Assembly (NCBI GenBank): GCA_964398665.1 | Contig: CAYNNN010000001.1 | Span: forward strand, 45,415 to 109,414 | Direction of reading: 5' to 3' | DNA: 64,000 nucleotides | From: an uncultured Gammaproteobacteria bacterium | GTDB lineage: Bacteria; Pseudomonadota; Gammaproteobacteria; CAYNNN01 | Shown: positions 28,973-38,662 of the stretch, in pieces | How the letters are laid out: each line of letters opens with the position of its first letter | Position numbering within the stretch: position 1 is the stretch's first letter | Program-made: the position numbers and the translations under genes | The notes under the pieces: generated by a model | The model's input: the letters and a program-made list of their open reading frames with translations, nothing else | The model's database searches: none | What the model was told of the DNA's origin: nothing

Positions 28973-29734
28973 ATGTTTGACACCCAACAGCAGATCCTGC
29001 TTGTGCTGTTATCTTTTCTAGCCAATCTGTTTTCCGCTTTTGCCGGCGGGGGTGCGGGCTTGCTGCAACTGCCCGTGCTGCTCTTTCTGGGCCTGCCCTT
29101 TGGGGTCGCGCTGGCTACCCACAAACTGGCTACCGTAGCGTTAGGTGCAGGCGCTACCTTGCGTCACCTGCGCGCAGGCAGTCTGGAACCCCGCTTCACG
29201 GTATTCATTCTAGCCACTGGCCTGCCCGGTGTAGTCCTGGGTGCCAGCCTGATCCTGCACCTGCCTGACCGCATCGCCACGTTTTCCCTGGGCCTGCTGA
29301 CCCTGGGTCTGGGACTTTATTCCTGGTTTCGCCCAAGCCTGGGTCAACAGTATAGTCCGCAAAATCGTCATTGGGCGGGCCTGTTGCGCGGGGGCCTGGT
29401 ATTGTTCGGCATCGGCGTCCTGAACGGCTCGCTGACTTCGGGCAGCGGCCTGTTCGTCACCCTGTGGCTGGTCCGCTGGTTTGGCCTGGATTATCGGCGG
29501 GCGGTCGCCTATACCATGATTCTCGTGGGTCTGTTCTGGAACGGCACGGGCGCGTTGACCCTGAGTCTGTTGGGCACCGTGGCCTGGGATTGGCTCCCGG
29601 CCCTGCTGGTCGGTTCTCTGCTGGGCGGCTATGTCGGGTCGCATCTGGCCCTGATCCACGGCAATTACTGGATCAAGAAGGCATTTGAAATAGTCACTCT
29701 CTTGGTTGGTCTGAAGTTGATTGTCAGCGTATGA
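28973..29734 (+). CDS. TSUP (TauE/SafE) family anion exporter
   Basis: Typical TauE/SafE start ...LLVLLSFLANLFSAFAGGGAGLLQLPVLLFLGLP... and 7-8 TM segments. Confidence 0.75.
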   Translation: MFDTQQQILLVLLSFLANLFSAFAGGGAGLLQLPVLLFLGLPFGVALATHKLATVALGAGATLRHLRAGSLEPRFTVFILATGLPGVVLGASLILHLPDRIATFSLGLLTLGLGLYSWFRPSLGQQYSPQNRHWAGLLRGGLVLFGIGVLNGSLTSGSGLFVTLWLVRWFGLDYRRAVAYTMILVGLFWNGTGALTLSLLGTVAWDWLPALLVGSLLGGYVGSHLALIHGNYWIKKAFEIVTLLVGLKLIVSV

Positions 29735-31950
29735 AAATAATTTTGCTGTTATGTCTCTTGGGATGGCAGTTAGCCGAGGCCGCACCCACCCAGTATCAGG
29801 AAACACGCATCATCTGGGATAGCTACGGCATTCCCACCCTAGCAGGCCAAAATTGGACTCAACTGGTTGAGGCTCAAGGCTATGTGACTGCCCATGAACG
29901 GCTGTGGCAGATGGACATTGCCCGGCGGGCTGCTGCCGGCACGCTGGCGGCCTGGTTTGGAAGCCGGGCGCTCAAACATGACCAGAAGCGCCGCAGCGAA
30001 GACTGGCTTGCCGTGGCCCAACAAGCTTATGCCGACCTGACTCCGCAAGAACGCCAGACCGCCGAAGCCTATGCCGCTGGTGTAAATCAATTTATTACCG
30101 CCGGGCATTGGGGTCAGGAATACCGGTTGCTGAATCTGACCCCTGATCCCTGGCGCCCGGAAGATAGCCTGCTCATCTTGCTTCAGCTGGCCGAGATCCT
30201 GACGGGCACCTACGAGGAAGAAGCGGCCAATACACGTTGGCAGGCCGCCCTCAGCCCCGATTGGTTTGCCCTGCTGTTTCCCGCCAGTCATCCCTGGAAT
30301 CAGCCGCTATTTGACGCGCCGGCCCCCGCCCCCCGACTACCGCCTCCAGCAGAATGGTTACCCGCCGGTCCCCCGGCGCTGCGCCCGGTCACCCTGCGCG
30401 AGGTCTTTCAGCTCGGCAGCAACAACTGGGCCTGGCGGCGGGGTGACCAGATTTATCTGGCCAATGACCCGCATTTGCTGCGTACGGTGCCCAATCTCTG
30501 GTACGCCCTGCGCCTGCGCCTTGACGCTAGGCGCTGGGCCGCCGGGGTAAGCGTACCCGGTGTCCCCGGCATCGTCCTGGGCCGCAACGCCCACCTGGCC
30601 TGGGCTTTTACCAATACCGGCGAAGATGTGGATGATTTATTGCAGGAAACCCTCAGTCCCGATCAGGAACGTTACCTGGCTGGACACGACGAACGGGGTT
30701 TGCCTCGCTGGCAAGCCATCGAAAAGCGGCCTTATACCATTGAAGTGGCCGACAGCGAGCCGGTTACCGGCGAAGCATGGTTTACCCAACGCGGCCCACT
30801 AGCCCAGCGGCCCCACCTGACGGGTTATTACAGCCGCCAGTGGCTGGGCTTTCATCGCGGGTTGCTGCGCATTCCGGCCATCGGCCTCAATCAGGCGACT
30901 GACTGGGTCAGCGCCAATGCGGCGCTGGATCAGGTGCGCCTGCCGGCCCAGAACGTCTTGATTGCTCAAACCAGCGGTGACTTGGGCTATCGGGTTTCAG
31001 GCACTGGTATCCAGCGTCAGGTCAGCGGGCTGACCGCGCAGCCAGCCCTGTTGGGGGCTTGGCGGGGGCTGGAACCGATTGCCCAGCGGCGGCGCCTGCA
31101 ACGCAAACAAGACGGCCAGGCCGCCTGGCTGGCAACGGCTAATGAGCAGCTTTGGCAAGCCCCCTTCGGACATTATTGGTCCAGCGACGACCGGGCGCTG
31201 CATTTACGCACCCAACTGAGCGGCCTGCAAACGGCCAGCCTGGACAAAATGCAGCAGTTGCAACTGGATAGCACTAGCCCGTATTACTTGGCCCTGACCC
31301 GCTGGCTGCTGGCCCACGCCCCAACCAATCCCACGCCGGCACAGGCCGAACTGTTGCACCGCTGGCGCACCTGGGATGGGCGCACTGAAAGTGACCCCAC
31401 GGCCCTGGAAGCGGCCCGCCAGTTACACCGGATCCTGCTACGTCTGCTGATTGGCAAGGTACGTACCCAACTACCGGATGAATTTGCGCAAATACCGTAT
31501 TTTTCCCGCCAGCAGAGCGCCCTGACCCTGACCGTGATCCAGAACCCCGACGGCCTGGCGGCCTTCGGCCTGGAGCGGGCGGCTACCGTCAACTGGCTAC
31601 TGGAGCAGGTAATTTTGAAGAAACGCGATGATTTTCCGTATTATAACCGTTGGCAGGCCCAGCATCCGCTGGCTGATTTGCCCTTTTTGGGCCGCGCCTT
31701 CAAGATTGCTGAAATGCCGCAAGTGGGTCACGGCTATGCCCTGCGGGTCGAAGGGCCACAGTTTGGCGCCACGGTCCGGTTGCTGTATGACCTGCGCCAC
31801 CCGGAACATGACCGTTTGAGTTTGCCCGTGGGTCAGTCCGGGCACGTGGATGACCCGCATTATCAGGATCTGCACGCCCGCTGGTTTGCCGGCCAGTATC
31901 TGCCGCTGCTGGACCCGGCCTTACACTGGGAAGCCGTCGTGGCAGAATGA
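29731..31950 (+). CDS. penicillin acylase family (Ntn hydrolase; possible AHL acylase) protein
   Basis: 739 aa with a signal peptide. Family motifs TRIIWDSYGIPTL and ...GSNNWA... (the Ser nucleophile). It overlaps the upstream stop (ATGA). Confidence 0.85.
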   Translation: MKIILLLCLLGWQLAEAAPTQYQETRIIWDSYGIPTLAGQNWTQLVEAQGYVTAHERLWQMDIARRAAAGTLAAWFGSRALKHDQKRRSEDWLAVAQQAYADLTPQERQTAEAYAAGVNQFITAGHWGQEYRLLNLTPDPWRPEDSLLILLQLAEILTGTYEEEAANTRWQAALSPDWFALLFPASHPWNQPLFDAPAPAPRLPPPAEWLPAGPPALRPVTLREVFQLGSNNWAWRRGDQIYLANDPHLLRTVPNLWYALRLRLDARRWAAGVSVPGVPGIVLGRNAHLAWAFTNTGEDVDDLLQETLSPDQERYLAGHDERGLPRWQAIEKRPYTIEVADSEPVTGEAWFTQRGPLAQRPHLTGYYSRQWLGFHRGLLRIPAIGLNQATDWVSANAALDQVRLPAQNVLIAQTSGDLGYRVSGTGIQRQVSGLTAQPALLGAWRGLEPIAQRRRLQRKQDGQAAWLATANEQLWQAPFGHYWSSDDRALHLRTQLSGLQTASLDKMQQLQLDSTSPYYLALTRWLLAHAPTNPTPAQAELLHRWRTWDGRTESDPTALEAARQLHRILLRLLIGKVRTQLPDEFAQIPYFSRQQSALTLTVIQNPDGLAAFGLERAATVNWLLEQVILKKRDDFPYYNRWQAQHPLADLPFLGRAFKIAEMPQVGHGYALRVEGPQFGATVRLLYDLRHPEHDRLSLPVGQSGHVDDPHYQDLHARWFAGQYLPLLDPALHWEAVVAE

Positions 31951-32134
31951 GCGCAAGCCCCGTACACCAGCCCCACGATGGCGGTTGTACTCGTCGATCA
32001 GGCAAGCGTCGGGCCGGTCATGATTTCCCCCTGTCAAACGCGCCCAGTCCATCATCAACCCCGCGGTCAGCCAGTTGGGCAAGCCTTCAGCACTGGCGCT
32101 ACAATGAGGCATTACCACTGCCCAGGCTGATTCC

Positions 32135-32812
32135 GTGCGCATCCTGATTGTTGAAGATACGCCTGACATGAGCGAGAACCTGCTGGATTATTTCAGTGCG
32201 CGGGGGCACATTGCCGACGCGGCTTTGGATGGTCTGACCGCCTGGCATCTGGCGACCACCCAAAGCTACGATGCCATCCTGCTGGATCGCCTGTTACCGG
32301 GTCTGGATGGTCTGAGCCTGTGTCGCAGGTTGCGCCAGGAAGCGGGTTGCGCCTTGCCCATCCTGATGTTGACGGCCCGTGATACCCTGGATGACAAGAT
32401 CGCCGGGCTGGAAAGTGGCGCAGATGATTATCTGATCAAGCCCTTTGCGCTGCGCGAGGTGGAAGCCCGCCTGCATGCCCTGGTCCGTCGGGCCGAGGGA
32501 CGGGTGGGCCAGACTCGGTTGCAGCTTGCTGACCTGGTGATGGATTTGGCGACACGCCAGGTACAGCGTGCGGGTCAGGTGCTGAATCTGGCACCCATTC
32601 CCCTGCGCCTGCTGGAAGCACTGTTGCGCGCAAGCCCGCGTGTGGTGCCCCGCAGTGAACTGGAGCAGCTGATTTGGGGAGACACGCCGCCCGATAGTGA
32701 TGCCTTGCGGGCGCACATGCACCTGGTGCGCGCCGCCGTGGACCGGCCTGGTCAGGTGCCACTGCTGCAAACCATGCGAGGAATCGGCTATCAACTCCTG
32801 GCATCGTCCTAA
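32135..32812 (+). CDS. OmpR-family response regulator
   Basis: A GTG start gives (M)RILIVEDTPDM.... REC domain plus winged-helix domain. Confidence 0.85.
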   Translation: MRILIVEDTPDMSENLLDYFSARGHIADAALDGLTAWHLATTQSYDAILLDRLLPGLDGLSLCRRLRQEAGCALPILMLTARDTLDDKIAGLESGADDYLIKPFALREVEARLHALVRRAEGRVGQTRLQLADLVMDLATRQVQRAGQVLNLAPIPLRLLEALLRASPRVVPRSELEQLIWGDTPPDSDALRAHMHLVRAAVDRPGQVPLLQTMRGIGYQLLASS

Positions 32813-32828
32813 ACTGTGGGTGCAGGTC

Positions 32829-34058
32829 ATGCTGGCCCTGGCCCTGCTGGGCGGGGGCGTCAGTCTGATCCTGACCCTGACCCTGTTCTGGGCCACCCAG
32901 CAGTTCACGCATCAACTGCTGGAAGAATCCTTGCAGGCCGAGCTGGAAGATTACATCGCCCGGCGGCTGCGCAATCCGCAATCCCTGCCGCCGGATGCCC
33001 GCCTGATCAAGGGCTATGTCTCGGCCAACCCGGCTCAGGACCGCCAGTTGCCCGCTGCGCTGGCGGTGCTGCTGCCAGGTAATCATACGCTGACGCTGGA
33101 GGGCATTCCCCGGCAGGTCATCGTCGCCGATCAGGCCGGCTTACGGTTCTATATGGCGTTTGATGCCACGCACGTGCTGCTGCGTGCCCGGCAGTTAGGC
33201 GTGTGGCTGGCAGGCCTGGGCCTGGGTATGGTCGTACTCTCGGTGCTGGTTGGCGGTTGGTTGGCCCGCCGGGTCAGCCTGCCGGTTGAAGCCTTGGCCC
33301 ACCGGGTCCAGGCTGCCGAGGCCCAGACCGATGTCCCTGTGGATTATGGCAGCGCTGAAGTCGCCGCCCTGGCGGCGGCCTTTGAGCGCCAGTTTGCCCG
33401 CTTGGGTAGTTTTATTGAGCGTGAACGGGCCTTTACCGCAGATGTCAGCCATGAATTGCGTACCCCGCTGGCCGTGATTCAAAGCACGGTCGAGGTGCTG
33501 GAAACCCTACAGGACTGGCCAGCCGCCCAGGCTGGGCGCCTCGCCCGGATCAGCAGTGCGGTGCGTCAGGCAACTGAACTGACCGCCGCATTGCTGGCCT
33601 TGGCGCGCGAGGAAAACGGCGCTACCCAGGAACAGCGCTGCGCTGTTGCGCCTGTGGTCCAGGATGCGCTGGAAAAATTGCGGCCCCTGATTCGGCACAA
33701 ACCGGTAACCGTACGTTGGGAAGTATTGGCCAATCCGGTCGTTGCGGCTCACCCCATGCTGCTGTTCATCGTGGTCAGCAATCTGATCCGCAATGCGTTT
33801 GCCTTTACCGAACTGGGCGAGGTTCATATCCGGGTTGAAGCGCACCGGGTCAGGGTCTGCGACAGCGGAAGCGGGATTGCCAGTGCGGATGAGGCACGTA
33901 TCTTTGAGCGTTACTACAAGGGCAGCGCCAGCCAGGGCACCGGAATCGGCCTGTCCCTGGTCAAGCGCATTTGTGACCGTTACCGTTGGGAAATTCGCCT
34001 TACCAGCGTGGAACATCAGGGCACCCAGGCCGAGTTGATCCTGCTGGCGGATCAGTGA
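32829..34058 (+). CDS. sensor histidine kinase (cognate to upstream regulator)
   Basis: Two TM segments, HAMP, the HisKA H-box (DVSHELRTPLAV), and an HATPase domain. The start is ATG at 32829, or GTG at 32820. Confidence 0.8.
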   Translation: MLALALLGGGVSLILTLTLFWATQQFTHQLLEESLQAELEDYIARRLRNPQSLPPDARLIKGYVSANPAQDRQLPAALAVLLPGNHTLTLEGIPRQVIVADQAGLRFYMAFDATHVLLRARQLGVWLAGLGLGMVVLSVLVGGWLARRVSLPVEALAHRVQAAEAQTDVPVDYGSAEVAALAAAFERQFARLGSFIERERAFTADVSHELRTPLAVIQSTVEVLETLQDWPAAQAGRLARISSAVRQATELTAALLALAREENGATQEQRCAVAPVVQDALEKLRPLIRHKPVTVRWEVLANPVVAAHPMLLFIVVSNLIRNAFAFTELGEVHIRVEAHRVRVCDSGSGIASADEARIFERYYKGSASQGTGIGLSLVKRICDRYRWEIRLTSVEHQGTQAELILLADQ

Positions 34059-34067
34059 ATAGCCGGG

Positions 34068-35867
34068 TCAGCAACAGGTGGCCGGCACGGCGGGCTGTAT
34101 TGCTGCTTGCGCTGCGCCGGGTTGCGCAGCGCATTCGCGGAAGATCCGCACCTGACAGGTCCGGCAACGTTCACCGGCGAGCCGAGGCACCAGTTGCGCC
34201 AGGGCCTGGGATTTGGTCTGGAACAGATTGGCAGGGCCGATTAGGTCCAGGTAGTGCCCTCGACTCAGATAGTCCAGCACTCTGGATTTGACGCCCAGCA
34301 AATAGAGGCCACCGCCTAGCTTGCGTCGCCGCTGGGCTTCCTGTGCCAGCAGTTCCGCGCCGGCCAGGTCAATAAAGTTCACGCCCTGCATCAGCAGCAG
34401 GACATGACGTTGTTCCGGCTGCACGGCATCGACTTGCATCAGTTCGCCCTGAATGTGGTTCACGGCGCCAAAAAATACCGAGCCGTGCAGACGCAGGATC
34501 TTGAGTTGCGGGCATTCTGGCCATTGACCCTGGGTAGTCACCGATTTGCGGGCCGGATGTTCCGGGTCGGGGACCACGGCCTCCACCTCAGGCTGTGAAG
34601 TGCGGTTCAGATAGAGCAGCAGCGAGAGCAGCACCCCGATATAAATGGCAAATTCCAGCTCCACAAACAGGGTGGCCAGAAAGGTCACGCTCAGGACTGC
34701 GGTTTCACTGGTACTGGTATGCAGGATGGTGTGAATATGATGCCAGTCAATCAGACCCCAGGCGACCAGAAACAAAATCCCGGCCATTGCCGGTACCGGC
34801 AGATAAGCCGCCAACGGCGCGACAAACAACACGATGGCAGCCAGACTGAAGGCTGCAAACACAGAAGCCAGCGGAGTGACCGCCCCAGCGCTGTAATTCA
34901 GGCCGCTGCGGTTGAATGAACCGCTGGCGGGGTAGCCGGAAAAAAACGCCCCGGCGATATTGGAGAGGCCCTGCCCGATAAATTCCTGATTACCTTCAAT
35001 GCGCTGTCCAGATTTCACCGCAATGGCACGGGCAATGGAAACGGCCTCGGTCAAAGCCAGCATCGTGATGGCCAGGGCACTGGGCAACAGGGTGCGCAGG
35101 GTCTCCCAGGATAAGTCCGGCCAGGACAGCGGTGGCAACCGGCCCGGCAGCGCACCGACGGTGGGAATGGCCGCCCCGGCCCCCTCATTCAGGGCATAAG
35201 CCAGCACACTGCCCATCAGCATGGCCACGATCATGTAGGGCACTTGGGGCCAGTAACGTCGAGCCAGCAGGCCGGTAAGCAGTGTCGTCACGCCAACGCC
35301 CAGCACCCAGGGATTCGTATGGTGCAGGTGCAGGGCAACATGATGGATGATTTCATGGAACGGAATCCCCCGCTCCATCGGAATGCCGAAGAAATTTTTC
35401 AACTGGCTGGCCGCGATCAGCACCGCCGCCCCGGCGGTAAAGCCGATCACGACGGAATGCGAGATGAAATTGACCAGCGCACCCAGCCGGGCCAGGCCCA
35501 TGATGAGTTGAAACAGACCCGTGAGCAAGGCCAGGGTCAGGGCCATCTGGACATATTGCGGTGAACCCGGTGTGGCCAGCGGGCTGAGGGCTGCAAAAAC
35601 CACAATGGAAATGGCGGTCGTCGGACCGGAAACCAGGTGCCAGCTTGAACCAAACAGGGCGGCTACCGCAGTGGGCACCATCGCTGCATACAGGCCATAT
35701 TCGGGTGGCAAGCCTGCGATCGTCGCAAAGGCTACGCCTTGGGGCAGGACGATGATGGCGCCGCTAATGCCTGCCAGGGCATCCGCCCGCAGATGGGGCA
35801 GGGTCAGGGCAGGCCAGGCACGCACGCCGGGCAGCAGCCACAAGCGCAATTTATTAATGATATTCAT
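34068..35867 (-). CDS. SulP family anion transporter with STAS domain and short Cys-containing C-terminal tail
   Basis: ATG at 35867 (MNIINKLRLW...). The track start at 35948 is a TTG. Features are the SulP TM core and STAS domain, and the tail ...GERCRTCQVRIFREC...ATCC. Confidence 0.85.
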   Translation of the reverse strand: MNIINKLRLWLLPGVRAWPALTLPHLRADALAGISGAIIVLPQGVAFATIAGLPPEYGLYAAMVPTAVAALFGSSWHLVSGPTTAISIVVFAALSPLATPGSPQYVQMALTLALLTGLFQLIMGLARLGALVNFISHSVVIGFTAGAAVLIAASQLKNFFGIPMERGIPFHEIIHHVALHLHHTNPWVLGVGVTTLLTGLLARRYWPQVPYMIVAMLMGSVLAYALNEGAGAAIPTVGALPGRLPPLSWPDLSWETLRTLLPSALAITMLALTEAVSIARAIAVKSGQRIEGNQEFIGQGLSNIAGAFFSGYPASGSFNRSGLNYSAGAVTPLASVFAAFSLAAIVLFVAPLAAYLPVPAMAGILFLVAWGLIDWHHIHTILHTSTSETAVLSVTFLATLFVELEFAIYIGVLLSLLLYLNRTSQPEVEAVVPDPEHPARKSVTTQGQWPECPQLKILRLHGSVFFGAVNHIQGELMQVDAVQPEQRHVLLLMQGVNFIDLAGAELLAQEAQRRRKLGGGLYLLGVKSRVLDYLSRGHYLDLIGPANLFQTKSQALAQLVPRLAGERCRTCQVRIFRECAAQPGAAQAAIQPAVPATCC

Positions 35868-35869
35868 GG

Positions 35870-36352
35870 CTAGAATGCCGGAACCAGCGTGTTCAGCCAA
35901 CGTTTGCCCCAGGATAGGCGGCTGGCCTGGGTATTCACCGTCAGGCAATCAAACGGCAGGGGGGCTGATGTGCCCGGCCAGGTTGGGGCATTGAGCTGGA
36001 AGGGTGCATGACTGCCGATAATCACCAGTTGCGCCTCCCAGCGCTGGGCCAGCTCGATCAGGGTACCCCGCGCCGACCCGGCGGCCACAAGAATTTCGAC
36101 CTGTGCAGCCTGCTCCTGGAGGCAAAGATGGTGTAACTTGCGTTGCACCTGCGCAAGGGTCTGGGTGCGGATTTCTTGCGGGGTCAAAAATGGATAGGCA
36201 TCGGCCTCAAAGCCGGGCTGATAGTCCACCACACTGGCGGCGGCGATTTCTGCTCCGGCACTACGTGCCAATACCAAAGCCCGGCGCAAGACCAGCCGGG
36301 CAGCATCGGTCAAATCCAGGGCGCATAAAATGCGCCGATAAGCGAGTGACAT
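35870..36352 (-). CDS. universal stress protein (UspA family)
   Basis: MSLAYRRILCALDL... and ...LVIIGSHA.... Its stop lies 3 nt from the SulP start, so the two are probably co-transcribed. Confidence 0.6.
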   Translation of the reverse strand: MSLAYRRILCALDLTDAARLVLRRALVLARSAGAEIAAASVVDYQPGFEADAYPFLTPQEIRTQTLAQVQRKLHHLCLQEQAAQVEILVAAGSARGTLIELAQRWEAQLVIIGSHAPFQLNAPTWPGTSAPLPFDCLTVNTQASRLSWGKRWLNTLVPAF

Positions 36353-36600
36353 GGGCCTTTCCCCTGCAAAACAGGCCCCCAGCTTACCGACTGTCATGTC
36401 AAGAGAACGTCAAAACGGGCGCGGGCGCAGCAGTGCCGCCGTCTCCGGCTGGCCTGCCGTGTGATGGCCGCCGGGGCAAACGGACAAGACTGCTACCCAA
36501 ACCCGGACTTGCGCCTGATCCGGCAGGCCTATAAAATCCGCCGCTTGGTTTCCCCTTGCCGGCACCTGTGTTGGGTCGGCTTTAACCGTGAGGGTTGAAA

Positions 36601-36966
36601 ATGCGACATTACGAAGTGGTTTTTTTGGTACACCCTGACCAGAGTGAACAGGTGCCCGCCATGCTGGAACGTTACCGGGCCAATATCGAGGCCACCGGTG
36701 GCAAGCTCCATCGCCTGGAAGACTGGGGCCGGCGCCCATTGGCCTATCCCATCAGCAAGCTGCACAAGGCGCACTATGTGCTGATGAATGTGGAATGTAC
36801 CCCTGCCGTGATTCTGGAACTGGAAGATTCCTTCCGCTACAACGATGCAGTGCTGCGCAACCTGATCATTCAGTGCAGCCGCGCCCATACGGAACCTTCC
36901 TTGCTGATCAAGCCGCCGGAAACCCGGACCCGTGACGAAGCCCGCAGCGACGAAACCCCGGCCTAA
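36601..36966 (+). CDS. rpsF: 30S ribosomal protein S6
   Basis: [22 protein letters not shown]... Confidence 0.95.
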   Translation: MRHYEVVFLVHPDQSEQVPAMLERYRANIEATGGKLHRLEDWGRRPLAYPISKLHKAHYVLMNVECTPAVILELEDSFRYNDAVLRNLIIQCSRAHTEPSLLIKPPETRTRDEARSDETPA

Positions 36967-36980
36967 CTGGAGCCAGCATC

Positions 36981-37259
36981 ATGTATCAGCGCAAGAAAAA
37001 TACCAAAGACAACAAGAATCGGCGTAATCAGGGCAACAATTATTTCCGGCGCCGCAAATACTGCCGCTTTACTGCCGAGAAGATTGAGGAAATCGACTAC
37101 AAGGATTTGGCCATGCTGCGCCAATATCTCACGGAAACCGGCAAGATTGTCGCCAGCCGGGTCACGGGCACCAGCGCCCGTTATCAGCGTCAGCTGGCCA
37201 CCGCCATCAAGCGGGCACGGTTCCTGGCCCTGATTCCCTATACCGACGGCCACCTGTAA
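36981..37259 (+). CDS. rpsR: 30S ribosomal protein S18
   Basis: ...[35 protein letters not shown]... Confidence 0.95.
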   Translation: MYQRKKNTKDNKNRRNQGNNYFRRRKYCRFTAEKIEEIDYKDLAMLRQYLTETGKIVASRVTGTSARYQRQLATAIKRARFLALIPYTDGHL

Positions 37260-37283
37260 CCCAACCGACCGGAAAGTGGCCCC

Positions 37284-38180
37284 GTGAACGCTGGGCTGGC
37301 CTATGTACTGGGGCATACGGGCTGGGGGGCGCTGCTCAGTGCCACCCTGGCCCTGCTGGCCCTGGTACTGCCCCCGATGTTTCTGGTTGCAGGCGCGCTG
37401 GGCGCGCTGTTTACCTTGCGTCGGGGACCGATGGCCGGCCTGGTGGTCAGCCTGGGCGGCGCAGCCATCTTTGCGATCTGGGTCGCGCTGCTGGGCGGTG
37501 ATCTGGCGCTGGTGGGGGGCCTGCTGTTGTTTTATCTGCCCCTATGGGCCCTGGCTTGGGTGTTGCGGGTGAGCCTGGCCCTGCATCTGACCCTGGAAGC
37601 CCTGTTGTGGTTGGGCCTGGGCACCATCGGCCTGGCCTATCTGGTGCTGGGCGATCCGGCCTTGCTCTGGGTGCGGGTTCTGGACGAATTTGCCCGGCTG
37701 GATTCTGCTTCGGCCCAGTTGCTGGCCCAGATGCCCGGTACGGCACGCCAGGAACTGGCGCGTAATCTGACCGGTGCTTTGGTGACTTTCTGGTCGGGCG
37801 GACTGTTGTTGAGCCTGCTGTCGGCGCGGGCCTGGCAGGCGCAATTATACAATCCGGGCGGGTTTGGCGCCGAGTTTCGGGCCTTGCGCCTGTCATGGCG
37901 GCTGCGGAGCCTGGTGCTGCTGGTGCTGCTGGGGGTGATGTTGCCTTCGGCCTGGCAGCCTGTCAGTGCCAACGGCTTGCTGCTGCTGACCCTGGGCTTT
38001 GGGGTGCAAGGTCTGGCCGTGATCCATGCCCTGTTGCCCCGCCACCCACAGCGCCTGCTGATGCTGGCGGCAATTTACGGCCTGGTTTTGTTGTTGCCTC
38101 AGGGCTTATGGTTTCTGGCCAGTATCGGCTACTTCGATAGCTGGCTGGATTGGCGGGCGCGGCTGCGCGATTCCGCATAG
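37284..38180 (+). CDS. hypothetical polytopic membrane protein between rpsR and rplI
   Basis: GTG start. The protein is highly hydrophobic and Leu/Ala/Gly-rich. Its position matches the conserved hypothetical gene found in Pseudomonas-type rpsF-rpsR-X-rplI operons. Confidence 0.5.
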   Translation: MNAGLAYVLGHTGWGALLSATLALLALVLPPMFLVAGALGALFTLRRGPMAGLVVSLGGAAIFAIWVALLGGDLALVGGLLLFYLPLWALAWVLRVSLALHLTLEALLWLGLGTIGLAYLVLGDPALLWVRVLDEFARLDSASAQLLAQMPGTARQELARNLTGALVTFWSGGLLLSLLSARAWQAQLYNPGGFGAEFRALRLSWRLRSLVLLVLLGVMLPSAWQPVSANGLLLLTLGFGVQGLAVIHALLPRHPQRLLMLAAIYGLVLLLPQGLWFLASIGYFDSWLDWRARLRDSA

Positions 38181-38198
38181 ATTTTTTTGGAGTGATGT

Positions 38199-38648
38199 AT
38201 GCAAGTAATCCTGTTACAAAAAGTGCCTCATCTGGGGGATCTCGGCAGCCTGGTCAAGGTCAAGCCTGGATTTGCGCGGAATTTCCTGATTCCACGGGGC
38301 AAGGCGGTACTGGCCACGGCTGCCAACAAGGCGGAATTCGAGCAGCGCCGGGCAGAGCTGGAAGCCCAGGCTGCGACGGCTCATGCCCAGGCTGCGCAAC
38401 GCCGGCAGGCCCTGGACGGGCTGCGGGTGGTGATCCGCTGCAAGGCGGGTGATGAAGGCAAGCTCTATGGTTCTATCGGCACAGCCGATGTCGCCGCTGC
38501 GGTCACGCAAGCCAGCATCCCGGTAGACAAGCGCGAGGTGCGCCTGCCTGAAGAAGCCACGCTGCGGCGCCTGGGGGAATATACGGTAGTCTTGCACTTG
38601 CATAGCGAGTTCAATGCTCAGGTAACGGTGGTACTGGAAGCCGAATAG
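38199..38648 (+). CDS. rplI: 50S ribosomal protein L9
   Basis: MQVILLQKVPHLGDLGSLVKVKPGFARNFLIPRGKAV... Confidence 0.95.
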   Translation: MQVILLQKVPHLGDLGSLVKVKPGFARNFLIPRGKAVLATAANKAEFEQRRAELEAQAATAHAQAAQRRQALDGLRVVIRCKAGDEGKLYGSIGTADVAAAVTQASIPVDKREVRLPEEATLRRLGEYTVVLHLHSEFNAQVTVVLEAE

Positions 38649-38662
38649 CCCTGGCCCAGGCG

